This document shows positions 28,662 through 36,112 of a stretch of DNA of 64,000 nt, piece by piece; within the stretch, counting starts at the first letter, position 1; each line of letters begins with the position of its first letter. The stretch is taken from contig JAZRYE010000003.1 in the NCBI GenBank assembly GCA_045600585.1, forward strand, positions 772 through 64,771, written 5' to 3'. Source of the stretch: Bacilli bacterium (lineage in GTDB: Bacteria; Bacillota_I; Bacilli_A; RFN20; CAG-826). The notes beneath the pieces were generated by a model that ran no database searches, was not told the DNA's origin, and was given only the letters and a program-made list of their open reading frames with translations. The position numbers were made by a program, and so were the translations under genes.

Positions 28662-30227
28662 TTAGATAAGAACAACACTGCCAAATGGGAATGTTGTACG
28701 AATAATGTTAGCAATTTGTTTTTGTCTAGTTTCGACATATGCCTTTCTATCGGTTTCAAATTTTGCGAAATCAACAGTGTTCATGGTTGTTCTTAAAAGA
28801 GCGTCCTTTGCAATAATTGTTGTGTACTTAGGAAGTTTGACCGTGAGATAGTTGTTTGAAATGGATTTGTTAACTGATTCACAAAGTAAGAATTGATTAC
28901 CGATATTATTAATAATTTCTTTTTGGTCGGCGGTATTTGTTGGCCATCCGTTTGTAGCCCAAACCGGTTTAGGTGTTTGTGGATAAACATGTTCGAGATT
29001 AACCTTTGAAATATTGATCGTTCCAGAAGTGTTGCAAATAATAGCATCCATAACAAGTAAAGCTTTTCTAATTCCTGGAGTTGCATTTCCGGTTCCACCA
29101 ATGCTGTTAACAAAGTCAGAATATGCCATTTTGCATGAGCTAGCATTATTGTTGATATATGTTGCAATCGCTAACGAAATATCATCAGCACTTTTTCCTT
29201 GATTAATTAAATTAATCACGTCGTTCATGAGATACTTTAATAAACTTGGTAATCCACCGGTAAGACTTAATACTACACTTAACATGCACAATGGGAGTAC
29301 AACCTTTTCTAAATATTCCCTGTTTGTTGTAGTATCAATTCCTTTCATTGCTAAAACATTAAGAACATCATAAAGCGAAGTTCTATTTATATAGCAGAAC
29401 ACGGATGTGATAGGATTCTTTTCGAGTAGCGACAAAGTGTTGAGCGTTGTAACGAATTTGCTAAACTCAACACTCGATTTAGTAATGTGATCTCTCAAGA
29501 AAGTGATAATGCCAATGTTATCAAAATTCTTTGAAGCATCACCAGTTATATACTTGTAGTAACTAACTACTGCCATTTTTATATCTTTTACTTTGGCAGA
29601 GATAGGTATGTTGTAAATCTTAGAATATTGTTTAATTGCAGTTTGAATGATTTCATCTTTTGTTAATGGTTTTCCACCAGTATTTATTTGTTGGAAAATA
29701 ACGAAAGCGTCGTCAGCATTCTGACATTTTTTTAAATAAACAAAGAGATTATTTTTGAGAACATCAATGATATCACTCAATATCCCAGAATTAGTGTCAA
29801 TCCATTCTTTGAAGTGCAAATAGATGGTCTTAAATGGAGCACAAACATAATTTGTAAAATTGCATTGATACTTTGCATTGTTGTCAGCGATATCATATTC
29901 AATATCAAAGAGGTCTAGTTTAGCTAAGGGAAGAGATTTTTCGTCTATGTAATCATTGATTGCTTTAAACAAATTATTTAAAGTGACGATTCTTTGTTGG
30001 CCGTCAGCGAACATGTATTTAACGCCATCTTCATAATAAATAAAGTCGAGTAAATATAACTCCTTAGTCTTGTCGTTAACAACATCAATGATGTCCAATA
30101 ACATCTGAGTTGTTTGTGTTGGCTTCCAATCATAAAAACGTTGGAAAATTGGAATGCCGATTTTGTGTGTTGTGAGCGAATAGATATTTACATAGCTAAA
30201 TCCAACACTGCTTTTTTCAATTATCAT
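28662..30227 (-). CDS. DUF262/DUF1524 two-domain nuclease (GmrSD / SspE / BrxU-like type IV restriction family)
   Basis: N-terminal DUF262/ParB-like signature (GIPIFQRFYDWK). C-terminal DUF1524 His-Me-finger-like motifs (LEHVYPQ ... NQFLLCESVNKSISNN). Confidence 0.7.
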   Translation of the reverse strand: MIIEKSSVGFSYVNIYSLTTHKIGIPIFQRFYDWKPTQTTQMLLDIIDVVNDKTKELYLLDFIYYEDGVKYMFADGQQRIVTLNNLFKAINDYIDEKSLPLAKLDLFDIEYDIADNNAKYQCNFTNYVCAPFKTIYLHFKEWIDTNSGILSDIIDVLKNNLFVYLKKCQNADDAFVIFQQINTGGKPLTKDEIIQTAIKQYSKIYNIPISAKVKDIKMAVVSYYKYITGDASKNFDNIGIITFLRDHITKSSVEFSKFVTTLNTLSLLEKNPITSVFCYINRTSLYDVLNVLAMKGIDTTTNREYLEKVVLPLCMLSVVLSLTGGLPSLLKYLMNDVINLINQGKSADDISLAIATYINNNASSCKMAYSDFVNSIGGTGNATPGIRKALLVMDAIICNTSGTINISKVNLEHVYPQTPKPVWATNGWPTNTADQKEIINNIGNQFLLCESVNKSISNNYLTVKLPKYTTIIAKDALLRTTMNTVDFAKFETDRKAYVETRQKQIANIIRTTFPFGSVVLI

Positions 30228-30229
30228 AA

Positions 30230-30613
30230 TTATTTCCTTCCCGAATATACGATTCTTTCGCCTTTTTTAGATTCATTAATTTCAGAATATGCATCTATTC
30301 CTTTTTGATTTGCCAAGCCATCTGGATGAAAAGCATTGCTTGACCACATATTTCTATTGAGTACCCTGTATCGCTCCTGCTTATTGCTCGGTAGCTTTTG
30401 AACATAATAAGGGGGTAATTTGTCTTCATTCTCATTGAGAATTTCATAATAAACGCCTATAGCTGTGTCGCTATCGACTCTTGATGGATAAACACTCTTG
30501 ATGTCTTCAACGGCGATGTCACGCAAAATTATCCAAAAAGTATCAACATCACTTTTCTTCTCCGATGCGTTTGACAATCTCCCTATATTTTTTCTTAAAA
30601 CGTCTCCAAACAT
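30230..30613 (-). CDS. Hypothetical protein (127 aa) inside the defence operon
   Basis: Tightly packed (2-5 bp gaps) between the methyltransferase and DUF262 genes. No motif recognised. Confidence 0.4.
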   Translation of the reverse strand: MFGDVLRKNIGRLSNASEKKSDVDTFWIILRDIAVEDIKSVYPSRVDSDTAIGVYYEILNENEDKLPPYYVQKLPSNKQERYRVLNRNMWSSNAFHPDGLANQKGIDAYSEINESKKGERIVYSGRK

Positions 30614-30618
30614 AACTA

Positions 30619-31725
30619 CTATCCATCCTTTCTAAGTAAAAATAAGTATTCTGTTACATGAATATCTCTATCTCTTAAGTTTCGGCAACCCCTGAAAACA
30701 TTATAATTCTGGTCGAACACGCGGACATATCCAAGCTCATCCAGCATATTAACCATTTCGTCAAAGGTTATAAATCCTTCAGAATTGTAAGAAATCAAAA
30801 CATATGTGGCATTAACATTTCTGCAAACATCAGCTAATGCATTTAAGGCTTCTGTCTTTTTGTTATATGAAGATTTATTCCACCCAACAGGAATACCGGA
30901 AACATTAGATATCTCAGCTGGTTCTTCATAATTGGTGAGAAGATTTAGCATAAAATAATTGGAACTATAAGGATGCTGGTTATATGGAGGGTCCATATAA
31001 GCAAGATCCACGTGAGGAATCTGTCTGCAAACTTGATTTGAGTCACCCTGTAAAACGTGAACTTCGCTACTATTCATACTCAAAATCGGTTTCTTTACCT
31101 CAATATCAGCAAGGATTCTTTTGAGCGCATTACGGCCGTCACCGCCAAACTGCCCTATTTTAGTTTGTGAGTTTTTATAAAAGCCTTTGAAAACACCAGA
31201 TGTGTTATTTTTTGTAGAAGCTTCATATAAAAGAGGTGCCAACAAAAGTGTCTTATATGGTTCAGGAACTTCATCTAAATATTGTCTTGCAGTATCTAAA
31301 TATTTTGCGTTTCTGCTTGTATAGAAAACCCTTTCTCCAGCCTGGATGTTTTCATCATCTTGAGGAGCATAGAGTCTGTAAATAAATCCATTCTCATAAA
31401 GGGGTTCATTATCCAATCTGTTCTTTAGATAATTGAACCAATACTCCAACTCTTGTTGATTGATTTCGTTTTCATTTGTCAAATAACATTTATTGATTAC
31501 GCAACAATAATCTTCTAGATCGTTTGTGTACAATACTGAAGAGTGCTGTTTTAAATAACGAGAAACAACTCCAGAGCCAGCAAAAACATCAAAAGAAGTA
31601 AGACGTTCGACGCCCAATTCTTCTTTCACTAAAGATACGGCATTATCTATAAAGTCCAATAAAGATCTTTTGTTTCCTAGATAGGTAATTATTTGGTCAG
31701 TTAAAAATTCTTTTCTTTCAGCCAT
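30619..31725 (-). CDS. Dam-family (D12 class, alpha-type) N6-adenine DNA methyltransferase
   Basis: YLGNKRSLLDFI (Dam motif X, cf. WAGGKYPLLDDI), FAGSG (motif I), DPPY (motif IV). The motif order is alpha-class. Confidence 0.75.
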   Translation of the reverse strand: MAERKEFLTDQIITYLGNKRSLLDFIDNAVSLVKEELGVERLTSFDVFAGSGVVSRYLKQHSSVLYTNDLEDYCCVINKCYLTNENEINQQELEYWFNYLKNRLDNEPLYENGFIYRLYAPQDDENIQAGERVFYTSRNAKYLDTARQYLDEVPEPYKTLLLAPLLYEASTKNNTSGVFKGFYKNSQTKIGQFGGDGRNALKRILADIEVKKPILSMNSSEVHVLQGDSNQVCRQIPHVDLAYMDPPYNQHPYSSNYFMLNLLTNYEEPAEISNVSGIPVGWNKSSYNKKTEALNALADVCRNVNATYVLISYNSEGFITFDEMVNMLDELGYVRVFDQNYNVFRGCRNLRDRDIHVTEYLFLLRKDG

Positions 31726-31918
31726 TTTTTGTTACCTCCTCTAATCCCGCTTCTTTAAAAAGTTCTCTTAATTTTCTTTTTGATTTCATCGTTGGTTCAA
31801 ATAACCCTTGTTCCCAGCGGTTGACGCTTGCAAAAGAAACGCCGAGTTTTTTTGCCAATTCCTCTTGGGTACAAAGAACGATTTCACGATATTTCTTAAT
31901 CATCTCTGGATAATTCAT
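31718..31918 (-). CDS. Controller (C-protein-like) XRE HTH regulator
   Basis: Real start MNYPEM, 5 nt downstream of an AGGTGAG RBS; the ORF-track N-terminus is a non-coding leader. HTH (TQEELAKKLGVSFASVNRWEQG). Overlaps the methyltransferase start by 8 bp. Confidence 0.6.
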   Translation of the reverse strand: MNYPEMIKKYREIVLCTQEELAKKLGVSFASVNRWEQGLFEPTMKSKRKLRELFKEAGLEEVTKNG

Positions 31919-31939
31919 ATGTCTCACCTTGGATATATC

Positions 31940-31985
31940 TACACAATTATAACACTTTCTTACACAATTTACTATGTAAATAGAA
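31940..31985 (-). promoter_or_regulatory. Defence-operon promoter with C-box-like palindrome (repeat-family copy F)
   Basis: Sense strand shows an extended -10 TGTTATAAT. The palindrome TTTACATAGTAAA (31968-31980) overlaps the -35 region. This is the classic controller-protein autoregulation layout. Confidence 0.5.
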
Positions 31986-32007
31986 AAATTAAAGGGAAGC
32001 GGACGAA

Positions 32008-32436
32008 TTATGTCCTGTCTTCCCACTTCTTATTAATTCTATTAATAATCTGACTTATGTATTGCTGGCTGACTCCTGACTCAAACGCTATGTCATCCTG
32101 GGTCTTGTCCCTGAAATAGTACATAACGAAAACAGAGGACTCCCTATCCGTAAGGGAATCCTTGAATGCGACTAGGACTTTTTCTGATTCCTCCACCGCC
32201 TTTATCTTATTCTGGATTTTCATCTCCCTATCCATGAGGCCAGGCATCTTGTCGTGCCACTCATGGCGTCCGGGGATGCCGCCGTATACAGGCCCTGGGA
32301 TTGCGATCATCAATCTTCTGACTTCGGATAGGTCCTCTTCCAACCTTCTGAGCCTTACCTTGTTGAATCTCACGAAACGGGCGAATTCCTCAAGGCTACA
32401 GGCCCCAGGAATCGAATAGTCTTTCCATTCTCTCAT
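32008..32436 (-). CDS. Phage late-transcription regulator-like protein (sigma-70 region-4 / ArpU/RinA-like)
   Basis: C-terminal region-4-like HTH (SVFVMYYFRDKTQDDIAFESGVSQQYISQIINR). GC-rich. Its 3' end overlaps the start of the low-GC C-protein gene. Confidence 0.45.
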   Translation of the reverse strand: MREWKDYSIPGACSLEEFARFVRFNKVRLRRLEEDLSEVRRLMIAIPGPVYGGIPGRHEWHDKMPGLMDREMKIQNKIKAVEESEKVLVAFKDSLTDRESSVFVMYYFRDKTQDDIAFESGVSQQYISQIINRINKKWEDRT

Positions 32437-33319
32437 CGTACCCCTCCATCTGCTTCAGGTTGTCCCTATAGGCCGCCATGAAATACTCGGGGACCGACGC
32501 TATCGTCTTCTTGTTTTCCACCACCCTGGCCCTCACGTACTTGAAGACCCTCATCGATAGTTCTCTCTCATAGCATCTGTCCACTTCCATAAAAAGCTCG
32601 TTGAGCTCATCGATCCTAGGCTCATAGATATCCAGGACACGGTCATGGAGAAGGCAAGCTAGATAATAATGCGCCTCGAATGGGAGTCCCCCTTTATCGT
32701 ATTTATCTTCTTTATCAGCTTTTACTTTACCTTTTACTTTTACTTTTACTTTGTGTACCTCTGCTGACATAAATGCACCTTGAGCAGGATTATTGTCTGC
32801 ATTTATTCCGCTGAGCGGTATTTCTGTCGGCATTAACTCCCCCTGAGCGGGATTATCGTCGACATTTATCCCCTTCGATGTTTTTTCGCCCGAACCGTAT
32901 GTTTTGTATACCGATTCCTCGTCTTCCGGGGTCAATATCCAGTGCGGGCGCTCCCTCTGCTTCCTCCTTTGGGTGCTGGCCAGGAACTGCTTCTGGATTC
33001 CCTTTGAGGTGATTATCCCCTTATCCAGCGACAATGAATCTATGATGTCGAGCTTCACGAAATCCCTCAGAATCCTATAGACGTAATCCAGGTCCTTGTT
33101 CGCTTCCTTGAACCTGATGTCGTATGAGATGAGATACGCCATCCTCTCCAAATCGCACTCCAAAAAATACCCGCTGTCATAGACCTTCGCGAGCAGCATG
33201 AAATAAACCATCACCGCGTCAGGGCCATGGTCGTACATGAGCCTCACTATCTTGGGGTCGCTGAACACCTTCACGTCCACCGGAAAATAATCGAGCCCTT
33301 CCTTCAATCTTCTGGGCAT
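32396..33319 (-). CDS. Phage replisome-organizer N-terminal domain protein (Lin1244/DUF4373-like)
   Basis: N-terminal FPVDVKVFSDPKIVRLMYDHGPDAVMVYFMLLAKVYDSGYF matches the phage replisome-organizer N-terminal family. Confidence 0.5.
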   Translation of the reverse strand: MPRRLKEGLDYFPVDVKVFSDPKIVRLMYDHGPDAVMVYFMLLAKVYDSGYFLECDLERMAYLISYDIRFKEANKDLDYVYRILRDFVKLDIIDSLSLDKGIITSKGIQKQFLASTQRRKQRERPHWILTPEDEESVYKTYGSGEKTSKGINVDDNPAQGELMPTEIPLSGINADNNPAQGAFMSAEVHKVKVKVKGKVKADKEDKYDKGGLPFEAHYYLACLLHDRVLDIYEPRIDELNELFMEVDRCYERELSMRVFKYVRARVVENKKTIASVPEYFMAAYRDNLKQMEGYDERMERLFDSWGL

Positions 33320-33351
33320 GGCCTTTCCTCCTTTCTTGTAAGAGGGATGGA

Positions 33352-33415
33352 AACCTAAATACTATGTATTAGACATTGTCTCCATCCCCTTGGACTTAAG
33401 TAACTGACATTATTT
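33352..33415 (-). promoter_or_regulatory. Repeat-element copy D (AATACTATGTATT)
   Basis: Palindrome at 33358-33370 plus the conserved arm (CTTGGACTTAAGTAACTGACATTATTTGC), 35 bp upstream of the replisome-organizer start. Confidence 0.5.
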
Positions 33416-33551
33416 GCTCTTGTTTTTTAAGAGGTCTTTCCTGATGAACGCGTCCACTTCGGATTGCTTGAATCTGTATGTGGTGCCCTTGGCTGGGTGA
33501 AGGTTCACGGGAACTATCTTCCCCTCCTTGATGAACGCCGTCATCCTCTTT
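33412..33551 (-). pseudogene. Excisionase-family HTH fragment (wing half only) fused out of frame to the integrase fragment
   Basis: Frame +1 relative to the integrase encodes MTAFIKEGKIVPVNLHPAKGTTYRFKQSEVDAFIRKDLL (Xis/AlpA-like wing). The N-terminal helix is absent. Confidence 0.4.
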
Positions 33552-34109
33552 CTTGCCTCTGATGTAGACGTAGGTCTTCCCGCTTAGGCTTAGGAAATCC
33601 TGGACTTCCATGTTCGCTATCTCAATGGTCCTAAGGCCCATAGTGACAGCGGTGACGAGCATCGCGTAGTCCCTCTTCTCGATGAGTCCGCCTTTTTCGG
33701 CTCTCCCCCTCGCATATGCTAGAAGCCTTCTTGCGTCGGGCGCTTCCAAAGGGACCCTCTTGAAAAGGTTGTCGATGTGCTCGCTTCTGAGCGTGCTAGC
33801 GATGTTCGGGTAATAGTCGAGTTCGTACGCCCATTTGTATAGGCCCCTGACTATGACCTTGCACTTCTGCGCCATCGTGAGGTGCGTTTCTCCCGGCTTG
33901 ATGCACTTGATGAATTCGATGAAAGCGATGACGTTTTCTTCTAATGGTTTTTCAATGTTTCTGTCCTTGAGGTACTTCCCGTATCTTCTAAGAATCTCGC
34001 TATATGTCTTCTTCTTGTGCTCGCTGCCGGACAAGCACATGATGTACTTCTCGATGAGCTCGTCGTGCGGAAGAGCGTCTTCCAGCAGTTCTTTTCTTGT
34101 TATCTTCAT
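33540..34109 (-). pseudogene. Truncated tyrosine integrase (N-terminal SAM-like domain + box I only)
   Basis: About 190 aa covering the SAM-like domain and the R-box (AMLVTAVTMGLRTIEIANMEVQDF). The HxxR and catalytic Tyr region are missing. The frame switches to the Xis-like fragment after VYIRGK. Confidence 0.6.
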
Positions 34110-35742
34110 GGTTATGTCTCCTCAAGAAAAGAATTGGATTCAAGAACATGATAGACGACGCGGTCGCCGGCAAGATAGACCTCATCCTGGTCAAGTCGAT
34201 AAGCAGATTCGCGAGGAACACCGTGGACTGCCTGAAGACAATCAGGACGCTAAGGAGCTGCAACGTCGAGGTCTTCTTCGACAAGGAGAACCTATCGACC
34301 AACGACACGAAGGTAGACATCATCCTCACCTTCTTCGCCTCGTTCGCCCAAGAGGAATCCAAATCCATAAGCGAGAACGTCAAATGGGGCGTCAGGAAGA
34401 GGATGCTCAAGGGCCAAAGGAAAATGTCCACGAAGACGCTTATCGGCTACACAGAGGACGAAAATGGGAACATCATCATCAAAGATGACGAGGCCAAAAC
34501 GATAAGGGACATATTCAAGAGGCGAGGAGCGTCAGCCAGAACGTGAGCTGGAGGAACGACAAGAACAGAATGGTCGGAAGATACTACCTCCCCGCAAAGC
34601 AGATGGTCGGCTTCGACTTCGACGAGAGCGGCGATGTGATAGTCAACGAGAAAGAGGCCGTATACATCAACAAGCTCTACGACATGTACCTAGAAGGCGT
34701 CTCCTTCCCGGACATGTGCAAGATGATGAACGAAAGCGGGATAAGCACGGTCACAGGCGGCCCATGGGTCCCCGTCTCGATCAGATGCATTCTAAAGAAT
34801 GAGAAGTACTGCGGAGACTGCATCATGCAGAAGGAATACGTGGAGGACTTCAAGACCCACAAAAGGGTCAGGAACTACGGCGAAAGGAACATGATCTACG
34901 TCCAGGACGGCCACCCGGCAATAGTCTCCAGGGACAAATGGAGAATGGTCCAGGAAAGGATGAGGCAGAACCGTGCGAGGTACTGCAGCAGGACGATGTA
35001 CGACGGGGTTCAGCCAAACGCCCCTACCACGCCTTTCACCAAGTTCTTTTACTGCCCTTACTGCGGCCACAACTACCAGATCAAGACGAACAAGCACAGC
35101 GAATACAGCACCGCCCACAATCACGAGAGGAAATTCATAGTCTGCGGCTCCAACGTAAGGAAGAAGCAATGCACGGAAAGCACATCCATATTCCTGGAAA
35201 CCGTAACGGAGGCAATAAAGGCGCAGCTGGATATTCTTAAGAATAACCTATCGCCTTTGAAAGAATTCATCACGGATGGTTTGTCCGAAATCAACGTCCA
35301 CGAAATCAATGATGAGATTGTCGTCCTTGACTCCAAAATCGATAAGCTGAGAGGCAAATACGACTCCATCAGGCAAAAGTATGACGAGTTCTCAATTGCA
35401 TTGAAAACGCACATAAAAAACGAAATCCATGCACTAACCAAGGATAAAATAAGAAAGCAAACCGCTCTCTTATCCTCAGAAGAGGCGTCCTTCAGGGCCA
35501 ACGACATAATCAAGGCCATCAAAAAAATGCCTGCAGTCATTGACGACTTGCAGGACATCGATTTCAGGTCCGTGTTCTCAAGATGCATTGTAAAAGACAA
35601 GAAAACACTTATATTTGTTATTGGTAACGAGGATGTTTCAGGGATTAGGCTTAACTCTAAAACCTCATTCAATGGAAGAGTTGAATACAAAATAAGAGCC
35701 ACTACTAACTATTTGGAATTCGGATTGATCATAGCGAAATAA
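34097..35742 (+). pseudogene. Large serine recombinase, N-terminally truncated and frame-broken
   Basis: Begins mid-resolvase domain (LILVKSISRFARNTVDCLKTIR...FAQEESKSISENV); the catalytic Ser region is absent. The frame breaks at about 34546. The linker motif is duplicated (IIIKDDEAKTIRDIF / VIVNEKEAVYINKLY). Recombinase domain, zinc ribbon (CPYCGHNY...CGS) and coiled coil follow. Confidence 0.65.
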
Positions 35743-35751
35743 ATAAAATTA

Positions 35752-35802
35752 CATAGTTCGTGTCGTATTAACCCTTAACTGATATTCGAACTATGTTTTT
35801 TT
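35752..35802 (+). terminator. Terminator-like hairpin after the recombinase pseudogene
   Basis: CATAGTTCG-N26-CGAACTATG followed by TTTTTTT. Confidence 0.4.
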
Positions 35803-35932
35803 ATGCTCTAAACCGACTAGAGAGTTCTATCCAAGTTCAAATTCATCGGTTCGAACCCTTAAATATGCAAAAATAGTCCTTAAAAGCACGAAAAAAGGGA
35901 CAATACCACGTATTATCCCTATTTCACATTAA

Positions 35933-36008
35933 TGGTACCCCCTTAGGGACTCGAACCCTAGACCCACTGATTAAGAGTCAGTTGCTCTACCAACTGAGCT
36001 AAGGGGAT
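35933..36008 (-). tRNA. tRNA-Lys (anticodon CUU)
   Basis: 76-nt cloverleaf read by hand: acceptor ATCCCCT/AGGGGGT, D-arm GCTCAGTTGGTAGAGC, anticodon stem ACTGA/TCAGT with loop CTCTTAA (CUU), T-arm TAGGG-TTCGAGT-CCCTA, encoded CCA. Confidence 0.85.
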
Positions 36009-36067
36009 ATTTATGCTCGTTTATTGTATATCAAACTATTATTCGTATCAAGAGGAAAATATAAGAA

Positions 36068-36093
36068 AAGAGGCCACAAAATCATGGCCTCTT
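36068..36093. terminator. Bidirectional terminator
   Basis: AAGAGGCC-N10-GGCCTCTT hairpin with flanking T-runs, downstream of the lipoprotein gene. Confidence 0.5.
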
Positions 36094-36112
36094 TTAATTA
36101 TATTAATTAATA

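Noticed and set aside
28793-29167. 124-aa ORF nested in the DUF262/DUF1524 gene, and other 60-110-aa ORFs nested in long genes (e.g. 214..420, 2389..2601, 4599..4919, 54644..55006)
   Set aside because: These are alternative-frame ORFs inside confidently assigned conserved genes. They have no RBS and no recognisable products.
33835-34488. 217-aa plus-strand ORF, and the antisense ORFs 34000..34431, 34792..35169 and 35121..35702
   Set aside because: Antisense or out-of-frame to the integrase and serine-recombinase fragments. The composition is what is expected of GC-rich shadow ORFs.
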